Shown: positions 30,127-40,623, numbered from the stretch's first letter. The stretch is DNA of 64,000 nt from a candidate division WOR-3 bacterium (GCA_039802605.1 JBDRWW010000003.1:86444-150443), one strand, 5' to 3'. Made by a program: numbers and translations. The notes: a model not told the origin generated them from the sequence alone.

Positions 30127-30827
30127 TAGCGGGAAATTGGAAGATGAATCCAATAAGTTTAAAGGAGGCCGTTGAACTCGCAAGGGGTGTTGAGGGTTTA
30201 TTAAAGGATTTAAACCAACTTGAAAGGATAATATTCCCGCCCTTTGTGTATTTATACCCCATAAAGTTGGAAGTTAAAAACGTTGAGTTGGGGGCACAAG
30301 ATGTATTTTACGAGGATAAAGGGGCATACACCGGGGAAATTTCCCCGAAGATGTTAAAAGACATAGGTATAAATTGGGTTATCGTTGGGCATTCCGAAAG
30401 GAGGCATATAATTGGAGAAGATAACAAAACGGTAATAAAAAAAACAAAAAAGGCTTTGGAAGAGGGCTTTAATGTAATACTATGCGTGGGGGAAACTTTA
30501 AACGAAAGGGAACTGTATAGACATAAGGAGGTTGTTAAAAGGCAACTTGATGGGGTTCCCGATAGTGAAAACCTAATAATAGCATATGAACCCGTTTGGG
30601 CTATAGGGACGGGGAGGAATGCAAAACCCGAACAGATAGAGGAAATGCATACACTTATAAAGGATTTGACGGGTAAAAGGGTTTTGTATGGGGGTAGCGT
30701 AAAACCCGAAAATTCGGATGAATTGGCATCCGTAAGAAATGTTGATGGCTTCTTAGTGGGTGGTGCGAGCTTGGATTCGGAAAAATTTCACAAAATAGCC
30801 CTATCCCTTATAAGTTTTCAACCGTAA
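30111..30827 (+). CDS. tpiA: Triosephosphate isomerase
   Basis: AGNWKMN, GHSERR, AYEPVWAIGTG, LYGGSVKP, LVGGASL; start ATG 30111. Confidence 0.97.
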   Translation: MGKRIIAGNWKMNPISLKEAVELARGVEGLLKDLNQLERIIFPPFVYLYPIKLEVKNVELGAQDVFYEDKGAYTGEISPKMLKDIGINWVIVGHSERRHIIGEDNKTVIKKTKKALEEGFNVILCVGETLNERELYRHKEVVKRQLDGVPDSENLIIAYEPVWAIGTGRNAKPEQIEEMHTLIKDLTGKRVLYGGSVKPENSDELASVRNVDGFLVGGASLDSEKFHKIALSLISFQP

Positions 30828-30838
30828 AATATCCGGAA

Positions 30839-31939
30839 ATGGCTATTAGATACATTTACATGCACACATATTTAAAGAAGGGTTTTATTCCTTGGGAGGA
30901 GGCTACAATACATGTCCTATCGCATGTAATACACTACGCAAGCGGCGTATTTGAGGGTATAAGGGGGTATAGAACGGACAGGGGTATAGCAATATTCCGC
31001 GGGAAGGATCACTATAAGCGCCTTATTAAATCCGCAAAAATTTACCGTATGGAATTGGATATAAAAGAGGACGGATTTATGGAAATAACCAAAGAACTCA
31101 TAAAGAAAAACGACTTACAGAACGCCTTGGACGAGGCTAAGAGAACCGGTAAAATGAAAAACCCCTTCGTGTATATAAGGCCCGTTGTTTTTAGGGGATA
31201 TATATCTCGGGATTACGATGACCCCATAATACAACCCCCATTAGGGGTTAATCCCCTAAAAAACCCTACGGAATTCTTTATAGCCGCCTTCCTTTGGGAT
31301 GACTATTTGGGTGAAAAGGCGATAAAAGAGGGTGCGGATGTTATAACATCCTCGTGGTCAAGGATTGCGCCGAATACTATACCCGCATTTGCCAAGGGCG
31401 TGGCCAATTACGCAAACGCCCAACTCGCGAAGATGGAAGCGGAATTAACCGTAGTTTTGGATAATTATTATGACAAGTTATCTTTAAAAGACGCCTATGA
31501 AAGGGGCGAAGCCGTCAAACTCAAAAATATGAGGTTTCCCGTGGAGAGCATACAGTTAAACGCCGAAGGTTATGTGTCCGAAGGTGCGGGCGAAAATGTT
31601 TTTGTGGTAAGATATGAGGGGAGTAAGGCAAAGATATATACACCACCCATATATGCCTCAATACTACCCGGAATAACGAGGGATTCAATAATTACGATTG
31701 CCCGCGATTTGGGATATGAGGTTATAGAAACACAAATTCCGAGGGATATGCTTTACGCGGCCGACGAGGTCTTCTTTACCGGTACGGCCGCGGAGGTAAC
31801 ACCGATAAGGAGCATTGACGGAATAATCATAGGTGATGGAAAACCCGGTGAGGTAACTTTAAAGATAAGGGAGGAATATGTCGGTATAGCCACGGGAAAT
31901 AAGGAGGATAGATACGGCTGGCTTGAATATGTGGATTAG
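30839..31939 (+). CDS. ilvE: Branched-chain amino acid aminotransferase (with insertions)
   Basis: HYASGVFEGIR, YIRP, AKGVANY, SEGAGEN, ILPGITR, ADEVFFTGTAAE. Confidence 0.93.
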   Translation: MAIRYIYMHTYLKKGFIPWEEATIHVLSHVIHYASGVFEGIRGYRTDRGIAIFRGKDHYKRLIKSAKIYRMELDIKEDGFMEITKELIKKNDLQNALDEAKRTGKMKNPFVYIRPVVFRGYISRDYDDPIIQPPLGVNPLKNPTEFFIAAFLWDDYLGEKAIKEGADVITSSWSRIAPNTIPAFAKGVANYANAQLAKMEAELTVVLDNYYDKLSLKDAYERGEAVKLKNMRFPVESIQLNAEGYVSEGAGENVFVVRYEGSKAKIYTPPIYASILPGITRDSIITIARDLGYEVIETQIPRDMLYAADEVFFTGTAAEVTPIRSIDGIIIGDGKPGEVTLKIREEYVGIATGNKEDRYGWLEYVD

Positions 31940-32199
31940 AGTATGGAGAAGCCGCTAAATTCCCCCTGGGCTCCGGTTATTTTGTAATCAACCCTATCAA
32001 CCCTCCCGGGTCCGTTCTTTATATGCTCCAAAAGTTTTAAAAGGTTTTCTTCCTCCCCCTCCGCGACTATATATACCGTTCCGTCGGGTTCGTTCTTGGC
32101 AAATCCCCGCAAATTCAAGGAGAGGGCGCGCATTCTGGTGTATGCCCTAAAACCTACCCCTTGCACCCATCCGTATACCCTAGCCTCTAATCTCTTCAT
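31936..32199 (-). CDS. acyP: Acylphosphatase
   Basis: VYGWVQGVGFR...GFAKNEPDGTV. Confidence 0.93.
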   Translation of the reverse strand: MKRLEARVYGWVQGVGFRAYTRMRALSLNLRGFAKNEPDGTVYIVAEGEEENLLKLLEHIKNGPGRVDRVDYKITGAQGEFSGFSIL

Positions 32200-32437
32200 C
32201 CTTTAATATATTTGCCACCTTTTTCATATACCTCCTTATATCCGCGTCTATTTTTTTGGCTTCAACCATGGATAAAACCCATTTGGAATAAAACCTAACC
32301 TTTTCGTTATCCGAGTTTTCCGAAAGATTCTTTAATATTTCCAACGCGGGCTGAACATCTTTTGGTAAAACGTTGACCCCCTCCTTAACCTTTTCCGCAC
32401 ATTCTTCCAAAACCTTTATAATTTCTCGCCTTTCCAT
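32180..32437 (-). CDS. Small helical hypothetical protein
   Basis: ORF with GGAGGTG SD, packed between pepA and acyP. Confidence 0.6.
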   Translation of the reverse strand: MERREIIKVLEECAEKVKEGVNVLPKDVQPALEILKNLSENSDNEKVRFYSKWVLSMVEAKKIDADIRRYMKKVANILKDEEIRG

Positions 32438-32440
32438 GCC

Positions 32441-33757
32441 TCACCTCCCGGTTATTATCCTTAGAATGGTTCTAACCCCAAAGCCCGTTGCCCCTACGGG
32501 GTTGTACGCCCACCTTTTATTGTTGAAAACCGGACCCGCAAGGTCTATGTGCGCCCATTTTATACCTTCCCCTACAAACTCCCGTAAGAACTGGGCGGCG
32601 TATATCGCCCCTCCCCAGCGGTCAAGGGCCGAATTTCTTAAATCCGCATCGTAGGTTTTTAACTTCTCATAAATAAACGGATCTTCCAAAGGCATCCTCC
32701 AAAACCTTTCCGCGGATAAATATCCGGCTTTTAAAATCTTGTTTGCCAAATCCTCATCGTTTGAAAACAGGGCGGCCGTGAATTCTCCCAAGGCTACAAC
32801 CGCCGCACCCGTTAGCGTTGCCATGTCTATTATGTAATCGGGTTTCAATTCCGAAGCGTAGGATAGGGCATCCGCCAATGTTAGCCTACCCTCCGCGTCC
32901 GTATTTAATATTTCAACCGTTTTTCCGGAATAGGTTTTGACTATATCCCCAGGCCTTACCGCATTTCCATCGGGCATGTTTTCCGTTGCGGCAAATATCC
33001 CATGAACTTCGTATTCCGAACCCAACTCGCCTAAACCTTTAAATACGCCCAAAACCGCACACGCACCGCTCTTGTCAATCTTCATGGTCATCATACCTTC
33101 TGCGGATTTTATTGATAACCCCCCGCTATCAAATGTTAAGGCCTTTCCAACAAGGGCAACCTTTCCCTTTGGATTTTTTGGCCTATATGTTAAATGTACG
33201 AAATACGGTTCTTTTGAACTTCCCCAATTCACGGCCAAAAAGGCGTTCATCCCCATCTTTTCCAATTCGGGCTTTGTATATACCCTAATTTCAAAGCCGT
33301 ATTCCTTTGAAATTTCATAAGCCTTATCCGCCAAAAACTTCGGTGTGGCTATATTGGGTGGGGTATTAACGAGATCCCTCGTAAAGTTGGTGGAATCGGA
33401 AAATATCTTTGACACCCTTAAATCTTCGGAATCCTCCCCTTGGAAATAAACATCAACATCCTTTTCCTTTTGGGTCTTGTATTCCGAGAATTTATAAGAT
33501 GAGAGTAATAAACCTTCATAAAAGAAACCGTACCACTCCTTTTTGCCGATAAATCCGGGTTTCTTGAAAAATACGGATTTTACCCCCAAAGATTTTACCA
33601 GCTCATAAACATCCGCTATGCTCCACCTGTAATCCAAAGGCTTATTACCGGTATCCCTTAGGGGAAAGTAAAGGGTTTTACCCCTTACCCTTATATCCCC
33701 TTCCTTGACAAACCTTACATTTATTTCCGCATCCGCATCCTTTACAACCTTTACCAT
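32441..33757 (-). CDS. pepA: Leucyl aminopeptidase (M17)
   Basis: GKALTFDSGG, MKIDKSG, ENMP, NTDAEGRL, DMATLTGA, WAHIDLAG. Confidence 0.93.
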   Translation of the reverse strand: MVKVVKDADAEINVRFVKEGDIRVRGKTLYFPLRDTGNKPLDYRWSIADVYELVKSLGVKSVFFKKPGFIGKKEWYGFFYEGLLLSSYKFSEYKTQKEKDVDVYFQGEDSEDLRVSKIFSDSTNFTRDLVNTPPNIATPKFLADKAYEISKEYGFEIRVYTKPELEKMGMNAFLAVNWGSSKEPYFVHLTYRPKNPKGKVALVGKALTFDSGGLSIKSAEGMMTMKIDKSGACAVLGVFKGLGELGSEYEVHGIFAATENMPDGNAVRPGDIVKTYSGKTVEILNTDAEGRLTLADALSYASELKPDYIIDMATLTGAAVVALGEFTAALFSNDEDLANKILKAGYLSAERFWRMPLEDPFIYEKLKTYDADLRNSALDRWGGAIYAAQFLREFVGEGIKWAHIDLAGPVFNNKRWAYNPVGATGFGVRTILRIITGR

Positions 33758-33769
33758 CAACCGTTTATT

Positions 33770-34414
33770 CTACGGTAGGTCTAATATTAACTCGTATGCA
33801 CCGTATATAACGGGGTATGCCAATTTTTTGGAATTGGGTATATGATAGGGGAAATCGTTGGATACATAAACATCCTTTATTCCGAATTCCCTTTTTATGT
33901 CTTTTAAAGCGTGTATCAAACCACCCTTAAAAGTATAATCAACGGCCCTATTGATGGCGATTAAGGTGTCCCCCTTTATACTCCTTGCCATAGAAAGTAT
34001 CCCATAAGATGCCATTACGCCTTTATAAGGTGGAAATATGGGGCCCCCATAAAAAACCCCACCCTTTACAATGTTCAGGGTTATAGATGTTCCCGAAAGT
34101 AGAATAATGGCATCTTTTCCCCTTTTTATAAAGGGATAGCTCGCCGCTATTCTATCGGCCCCTACAACCGAAAGGGAGTAATTGCTCTTTATGTGCAACC
34201 TTTCGGGCTCCAAAAGATACACATTGGGAAATACCCTTAAAATGGTTTCGTTTAAGGGTTTTACCGTAGAAACGAGAATCCCCTTATCGTAGTCGTTATA
34301 CCTTAAGCCTTCGGCCAGTTGGTATGAGGATGAAATAAACCTTTTTAACCTCCCATTGTCAAATATCGCCAACTTTAAATTTGTATTACCGGCATCTATA
34401 ACGAGAATCCTCAC
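33770..34414 (-). CDS. coaX: Type III pantothenate kinase
   Basis: VIDAGNTNLK, VGADR, SGTSIT, GGPIFP. Confidence 0.8.
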   Translation of the reverse strand: MRILVIDAGNTNLKLAIFDNGRLKRFISSSYQLAEGLRYNDYDKGILVSTVKPLNETILRVFPNVYLLEPERLHIKSNYSLSVVGADRIAASYPFIKRGKDAIILLSGTSITLNIVKGGVFYGGPIFPPYKGVMASYGILSMARSIKGDTLIAINRAVDYTFKGGLIHALKDIKREFGIKDVYVSNDFPYHIPNSKKLAYPVIYGAYELILDLP

Positions 34415-37410
34415 ACCAAAATCTTAAACTCCTCCCCATCAGAGGTAATTCTTATGATTCCTTCCTTAACCTTTCCCGATATAATCAACTCGGATAACCT
34501 GTTCTCTATCTCCCTCTGGATTACCCTACGAAGAGGTCTTGCACCCAATAAGGGATCAAAACCTTTCCTTACCAACAATTCCAGAGCCCTATCGTCAAAT
34601 TCAACCCTTAAATTCCTCTCTTTCAGCCTTTCATTAAGCCTATTTATTAGCAGTGTTGCTATTCTCTTTACATCATCCCAGCGTAGGGGGTTGAAAACTA
34701 TTATCTCGTCAATCCTGTTTAAAAACTCCGGCCTGAAATAGGACCTTACCACATCCAAAACCCTTTCCTTAGCCCTTTCAAACTGCCTCCAAAATTCCCC
34801 TTCCAATTCCTCCCTCTTCTTATCAAAGTCTGGTGAAGACTTATCAAGGTTTTTATAAGCGTTGTTAAAGTTGTTTGCCACTTCCCTTAAATATTCCGCG
34901 CCTAGGTTGCTCGTCATTATTATTACCGTATTCCTAAAACTAACCGTTCTACCCTGACTGTCGGTTAAACGCCCGTCATCCAGAACCTGTAAGAACAGGT
35001 CAAAAACCCTCGGGTGCGCCTTTTCAATTTCATCAAGGAGTATTACCGAATAGGGTTTCCTCCTTACCGCTTCCGTTAATTTTCCACCCTCTTCATAACC
35101 CACATATCCGGGAGGCGCTCCTATGAGCTTTGCAACGCTGTGCTCCTCCTTAAACTCCGACATATCAAGCCTTATCATAGCATCCTCATCCCCGAATAAC
35201 ACCTCCGCCAAAGCCTTTGCGAGTTCCGTTTTACCAACACCCGTTGGACCCAAAAATAGAAATGAACCCAATGGCCTTTTTGGGTCGCTTATTCCAGCCC
35301 TCGCCCTCCTTATGGCCTCCGCAACCCTTTTAACCGCCTCCTCCTGATCCACTATCCTTTTGTGTATTTCCTCTTCAAGTTTCAAAAGTTTCTCCCTCTC
35401 CTCCTCAACCAACCTTGAAACGGGTATTCCCGTTAAATTCGCCACAACTTCCGCGATATCCTCTTCGGTTATAACTAGTTTATGATCACTTTTCTCCCTT
35501 TGGAGTTCAAGGTATTTCCTTTTTAGTTTTACCAGTTCGGCGTTTTTCTTTTCCCATTCTTCTATTTTGCCCTCTTCTTCAAGTTTTTTAACCTCTTTTT
35601 CCAGAGATTCTATTTTGGCCTTTAAAACGGACAAGTCCTCCGCTTTCTCTTTTGATATTTGCCCTTTAAGGGTTTCTATGTGCTTTTCTATTTGCAGGGC
35701 GGCGGCCTCATCCCCCCTATTTTTCGCCCTTTCAAGTTCGGCTTGCAATTCCGCAATCTTTTCCGATATTTCCCTTTCAAACATATCCGGGGACATGGTT
35801 TTTAATTTCTTCCTCGCACATGCCTGATCCAGTATATCAACGGCCTTATCCGGTAATCTCCTGTTTTGGATATACCTATGGGAAAGTTTTACGGCAGCCT
35901 CTATTGCCTTGTCGTCTATTATTACATTGTGATGTTTTTCAAGTTTCGGCCTCAAAGCCTTCAACATTAATATTGCCTTATCAACATCCGGTTCATCGAC
36001 CCAAATGGGTTGTAATCTCCTCTCCAAAGCGGCATCCTTTTCTATGTATTTTCTGTATTCATCTGTCGTAGTTGCGCCTATTACTTGAATCTCTCCCCTT
36101 GCTAATGCGGGTTTTAATAAATTGGCCGCATCCGCCGGAGCACCTTCCGCCCTTCCCGCCCCCATAATGTTGTGTATCTCGTCTATGAAAAGTATAACAT
36201 CTTTTCTGGATTTCAATTCCTCTACCAACCTTTTTAGTCTTTCCTCAAAGTCTCCCCTATACCTCGTACCCGCTATTAACCCCCCCATATCCAAGGATAG
36301 TATCCTTTTACCCTTTAAGGGTTCGGGTACATCTCCCTTAATTATTCTCTGTGCCAAACCCTCAACTATAGCCGTCTTACCAACACCTGCATCCCCTATT
36401 AGAACCGGATTATTCTTCGTTCTCCTCGTTAAAACCTCTATCACCTGTTCTATTTCTTTATCCCTACCCACGATGGGGTCAAGCTTCCCCTCCTCTGCTA
36501 ACTTTGTTAAATCTATGGTAAATCTCTCCAAAGCGCTCTTTTCCTCCTCTTTTAAATCCTGCAAGTTCCCGTTCATTTTCATACCCCCGGTTTTATAACC
36601 CAAAATTTGCGATAAGATTTTACCGGCAAAACTCCCATTGCTTATAAGGGATTGTATAAAATCCGCCGTATCTATATTGCTGGCGGAAGATGATGCAACG
36701 CTATCCAAAGCGTTTTCTATAAAGTAAGACCAAACGGGTTCCGCATCCCCTTCAATGTTTAACTTCCTCAAAACCCTCCTCGCTATTCTCCTCGGGTCAA
36801 AACCCGATAAACGCAAGTTTTCAAAAGAGGCGGCTAGTTTATCGTATATATCGGCGAGCTCGTATATAACATCCTCCGAAACCTTGTTTTTTAAGCTGTT
36901 GTAAACCTCTTGCGGAATACTAACCACATCCTCCCTATAAAACCATTTAGGCCTCCCAAATGTCTCACCAAAAAACTCGCTCAAAATCCTCTCCCATTCC
37001 CCAAAAAATTCCTCCTCTATACTCGGCGCCCACCTTTTAACCCTCAAAGTTATGGTTTTGCCCTTTACGGGACTTGCGGCCCTTTTTACCAATTCCCCGA
37101 ACTCCTCCGATATACCGAGGTTTCTAAACCTATCGTAAACCCTTTCAAGGTATTCGGTATAACTTTTTTCAAAGTTATCCAATTGAGACCACACCCCTTC
37201 AAGAACCCTATTTACTTCCGATTTTGCGGCTTCAAAGGGTACCCCATTCCTTTCAAGGTATTTTGCGAATGGATCATCCTTATTTTCAAACAATGCCAAA
37301 AGGAAGTGGTCGCTATCCACATAAAAATCTCCCCTCCTCCTCGCCGTTTCCTTCGCAGATTTTAAGTAGTTTTCCAGAGCCTGTGAAACCGGCTTACCCT
37401 TCCAATCCAT
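34411..37410 (-). CDS. clpB: ClpB-like Hsp100 AAA+ ATPase with expanded N-terminal domain
   Basis: Walker A motifs GDAGVGKT and GPTGVGKT, RRLPDKAVD, long coiled-coil M domain, no IGF/LGF loop; ~290-aa N-region. Confidence 0.85.
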   Translation of the reverse strand: MDWKGKPVSQALENYLKSAKETARRRGDFYVDSDHFLLALFENKDDPFAKYLERNGVPFEAAKSEVNRVLEGVWSQLDNFEKSYTEYLERVYDRFRNLGISEEFGELVKRAASPVKGKTITLRVKRWAPSIEEEFFGEWERILSEFFGETFGRPKWFYREDVVSIPQEVYNSLKNKVSEDVIYELADIYDKLAASFENLRLSGFDPRRIARRVLRKLNIEGDAEPVWSYFIENALDSVASSSASNIDTADFIQSLISNGSFAGKILSQILGYKTGGMKMNGNLQDLKEEEKSALERFTIDLTKLAEEGKLDPIVGRDKEIEQVIEVLTRRTKNNPVLIGDAGVGKTAIVEGLAQRIIKGDVPEPLKGKRILSLDMGGLIAGTRYRGDFEERLKRLVEELKSRKDVILFIDEIHNIMGAGRAEGAPADAANLLKPALARGEIQVIGATTTDEYRKYIEKDAALERRLQPIWVDEPDVDKAILMLKALRPKLEKHHNVIIDDKAIEAAVKLSHRYIQNRRLPDKAVDILDQACARKKLKTMSPDMFEREISEKIAELQAELERAKNRGDEAAALQIEKHIETLKGQISKEKAEDLSVLKAKIESLEKEVKKLEEEGKIEEWEKKNAELVKLKRKYLELQREKSDHKLVITEEDIAEVVANLTGIPVSRLVEEEREKLLKLEEEIHKRIVDQEEAVKRVAEAIRRARAGISDPKRPLGSFLFLGPTGVGKTELAKALAEVLFGDEDAMIRLDMSEFKEEHSVAKLIGAPPGYVGYEEGGKLTEAVRRKPYSVILLDEIEKAHPRVFDLFLQVLDDGRLTDSQGRTVSFRNTVIIMTSNLGAEYLREVANNFNNAYKNLDKSSPDFDKKREELEGEFWRQFERAKERVLDVVRSYFRPEFLNRIDEIIVFNPLRWDDVKRIATLLINRLNERLKERNLRVEFDDRALELLVRKGFDPLLGARPLRRVIQREIENRLSELIISGKVKEGIIRITSDGEEFKILV

Positions 37411-37492
37411 AAGTGCGAAATTCTAAGGCCGTTAAATTTTTGGTAAATTATAAACCTCCCAACCTTATAATACTTGGAAAAGGAGGTGAATT

Positions 37493-37753
37493 ATGGCATA
37501 TGTAATAACGGAACCTTGCAAAGGTACTAAAGCTACGGAATGCGTTAATGTATGTCCCGTAAACTGCATACATCCCACACCGGATGAGCCGGATTTCCCA
37601 AATGTGGAACAACTCTACATAAATCCCGATGAGTGCATAGAGTGCGGGGCATGCGCATCCGTTTGCCCCGTAAACGCCATATTCCACGAGAACGATGTTC
37701 CCGAGCAGTGGAAGGAATACATTGAGATAAACGCCCGGTATTTCCGCGGTTAA
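37493..37753 (+). CDS. Ferredoxin (7Fe/8Fe type)
   Basis: CVNVCPVNCI and CIECGACASVCP; GGAGGTG SD. Confidence 0.93.
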   Translation: MAYVITEPCKGTKATECVNVCPVNCIHPTPDEPDFPNVEQLYINPDECIECGACASVCPVNAIFHENDVPEQWKEYIEINARYFRG

Positions 37754-37769
37754 GGGTATTACGATCTGG

Positions 37770-37801
37770 GGGTGGGGATTATTATTTCCCCACCCTTTTT
37801 T
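37770..37801 (+). terminator. Intrinsic terminator after ferredoxin
   Basis: GGGTGGGGA-loop-TCCCCACCC followed by TTTTTT. Confidence 0.85.
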
Positions 37802-37824
37802 ATTTCGGTTTTATAATACCCGCA

Positions 37825-38334
37825 ATGGGAATATTCGTTATACTCCTTATAAGCCAAGGAAAAGGGGAAACTATAAAGAACGCCTATGGCCTTTTTGGAA
37901 GTGGGTACTACGGGTATCCTATGGGGAGTTATGCGGCGGGTGGTGGGGGAATGGTAGCCATAGGAAACTGGTTTGAACCCTTAGCCTTCTTGGTCACCGC
38001 GCATGGTATATATTCCCCGGACAGTTCCATAGGGGCGGCCATTGATTTTTCCATAAGGGGGGCTATACTGGGACAGAGGAAGTTCAGGCAAACAAACGGG
38101 AATTTTGCATATTTATCCTTTGGCTTGGGTGTTTTCGCCTTACCGGGCACTTTTGTTGAAGGGCTTAACTTCTCCAAGGTAAAACCCGATATAATTTTGG
38201 GTTTGGGGTTTGAGTGGGCTTTAAGCCCGGAAATATCCATATTGGGTCAGGTTAGATATGATGTTTTGAGTGTAATAACTTACAAGGAAAATGTTGCAAC
38301 GGGCCAGTTGGGATTTTTGATATATGGTAGATAA
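37825..38334 (+). CDS. Small outer-membrane beta-barrel-like protein
   Basis: Gly/aromatic alternating strands, AYLSFGLG, LGLGFEW, GQVRY, GQLGFLIY. Confidence 0.55.
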   Translation: MGIFVILLISQGKGETIKNAYGLFGSGYYGYPMGSYAAGGGGMVAIGNWFEPLAFLVTAHGIYSPDSSIGAAIDFSIRGAILGQRKFRQTNGNFAYLSFGLGVFALPGTFVEGLNFSKVKPDIILGLGFEWALSPEISILGQVRYDVLSVITYKENVATGQLGFLIYGR

Positions 38335-39694
38335 AAAGGATATAAATCCCCCCTACTCCTTAGAAGCCGAAATGGCGGTATTAGGCGCATGCCTTTATTA
38401 CCCAAAACTTTTAAACAAGGCTGTAATGGAATTATCCGAGGAAGACTTCTACGATGAGAGGAATAAAAATATCTTTTCCGCGCTAAAAACCCTTAGCGAC
38501 GAAAATCCAACGGTTGATTTTACCCTGTTTATTGATTACATTTCAAAGAGGGATTTGATTGAAAAGTGTGGTGGGGAAGAATACCTCGGTAGGATTATAG
38601 ACATTGTAAACGTTGCAACCGGTGAAGTTTTGTTTGATAAGTATATTTCAATAATCAAGGATAAATCCATAAAGCGCTCCATTATCAACGCTTTTAACGA
38701 GGCGGTTAGGATGGCCTATGATGATAATGAGGATGCCGAAAAGATACTCGATAAGGTTGAATCCATAATATTTGATATAAGAACTAGGGGTTTAAGGGTT
38801 TCGGATTGGAAAAGCGTATCCGATATAGTTAGGAATATACACGGTATTATAGATGCCAAAATGGAAGGTAAAATCACATCGGGGGCGATACACACGGGAT
38901 TTTCGGAGATTGATAATATAATCGGTGGATTTCAACCGGGTGAATGGGTTATTTTGGCGGCCAGACCCTCGGTTGGCAAAACCGCATTTGTTCTAAATAT
39001 ACATAGAAACTTGGCCCTTGAAGGGATACCAACGGCTATGTTTTCCTTAGAAATGTCGGCGGAATTAATAGTTATGAGGCTTTTGGCAATGGAAAGCGGG
39101 ATTCCCATGAGGAATTTAAAAGAGGGTATAATTACAAGGGAACATCTTACGAATCTAACCCGTGCCGTAGAAAACATCATGGAAATGCCTATATACATTG
39201 ACGATACGGGAAATATGGATATATTTGAACTCAGGAGTAAGGCCAGAATAGCCGTAAAGGAATTCGGCGTAAGGATGATTTCCATAGATTACTTGCAGTT
39301 GTTATCCTTGGGGGCGGCCGCCTCTTCAAGAAAAATGTCAAGGGCCGAGGAATTGGCAAAAATATCAAGGAGTATTAAAAGCCTTGCCAAGGAATTGAAC
39401 ATAACTATAATAGGTTTATCTCAGGTTACGAGGGAGGTTGAAAAAAGGGCGGAGAAAAAACCCCTTCTATCCGACCTAAGGGAATCCGGGGCATTGGAAC
39501 AGGATGCGGATATAGTTATATTCCTTTATAGGCCCGATAAAGATGATAAAAACATAGTTGCCGTAGATGTTGCTAAAAACAGGAACGGGGCACAAGGTGA
39601 GGCGAAACTCTTCTTCCAAAAGGAATATATGAGGTTTGAAAACCTATCAACTGGTGAGGATTATATAGAGGAGGATGACGAAATCCCAATATGA
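38324..39694 (+). CDS. dnaB: Replicative DNA helicase
   Basis: PPYSLEAEMAVLG, AARPSVGKT, FSLEM, IDYLQL, SDLRESGALEQDAD, AKNRNG. Confidence 0.97.
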   Translation: MVDKKDINPPYSLEAEMAVLGACLYYPKLLNKAVMELSEEDFYDERNKNIFSALKTLSDENPTVDFTLFIDYISKRDLIEKCGGEEYLGRIIDIVNVATGEVLFDKYISIIKDKSIKRSIINAFNEAVRMAYDDNEDAEKILDKVESIIFDIRTRGLRVSDWKSVSDIVRNIHGIIDAKMEGKITSGAIHTGFSEIDNIIGGFQPGEWVILAARPSVGKTAFVLNIHRNLALEGIPTAMFSLEMSAELIVMRLLAMESGIPMRNLKEGIITREHLTNLTRAVENIMEMPIYIDDTGNMDIFELRSKARIAVKEFGVRMISIDYLQLLSLGAAASSRKMSRAEELAKISRSIKSLAKELNITIIGLSQVTREVEKRAEKKPLLSDLRESGALEQDADIVIFLYRPDKDDKNIVAVDVAKNRNGAQGEAKLFFQKEYMRFENLSTGEDYIEEDDEIPI

Positions 39695-40623
39695 GGAAGT
39701 TCTTGGACTTTATATTTTTGGCAAGGCCGACGCTGATTTTGCCGGGTTGGGGGTTTTTTCTGTTGGGATACCTTCATTCTTTAAACCTAATGGAGGACTT
39801 AAAACCGGCCATTTTTATACCTTTAAATTCAAAGTTTTGGATGGGTTTTTTATCCGCAACATTAATAAGCGCTTACATATATGTTATAAACCAGATGTTT
39901 GATGTGGAAAGCGACAGAAAGAATTCCAAGTTGTTTATACTCCCAAAGGGCTATATATCCATACCGGAGGCAAAGATATATTCCGTAATCCTACTTTTGG
40001 GTTCCCTTATTTCCGGTTTTCCCGTGGGAATAAATTATTTAATCCTTTTACTTTTCGGCTTTTTGATAGGCACATTGTACTCTCTACCCCCTTTTAGGTT
40101 TAAGGGTAGGCCCTTTTTGGATATGTTTTCAAACGCCGTTGGGTATTCCCTTCTCAATCTTGGGGCTGGAATAGTTGCCGGAGGTGGGGATTTTATGCAA
40201 ATCTTGAAAACTTTCCCACCCTATTTTTTTGCCGTTTGTGCCTTATACCTAAACACAACAATACCGGATATTCCTGGTGATAAATCGGAAAATTTAATAA
40301 CCACAGGGGTATTCTTGGGGGAGTTTAAAACTTCCGTATTGGCATCGTTTATGGTTTTAATAACTCTAATGCTTTCCCGGGATAACACCTTTATGTTCTG
40401 GGTTTCGTTGGTCTCCTTACCGTTTTATGTATTATCCGCGTTAAAAAAGGGAGAGGAGTTCTACGCAAAGGTTTCGTATAGGATTTCCGGATTGGCATTC
40501 ACACTGCTGCTAATAATAAAGTATCCCCTTTTCCTCATTCCATCCATAATAACGCTCTTATCCCTAAGGCTTTATTACGGTTTGAGGTTTGGGATAAAGT
40601 ACCCGTCCCTCCTTGGGAGATGA
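39691..40623 (+). CDS. UbiA family prenyltransferase
   Basis: NQMFDVESD, YSLPPFRFK, DIPGD; multi-TM. Confidence 0.85.
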   Translation: MRKFLDFIFLARPTLILPGWGFFLLGYLHSLNLMEDLKPAIFIPLNSKFWMGFLSATLISAYIYVINQMFDVESDRKNSKLFILPKGYISIPEAKIYSVILLLGSLISGFPVGINYLILLLFGFLIGTLYSLPPFRFKGRPFLDMFSNAVGYSLLNLGAGIVAGGGDFMQILKTFPPYFFAVCALYLNTTIPDIPGDKSENLITTGVFLGEFKTSVLASFMVLITLMLSRDNTFMFWVSLVSLPFYVLSALKKGEEFYAKVSYRISGLAFTLLLIIKYPLFLIPSIITLLSLRLYYGLRFGIKYPSLLGR

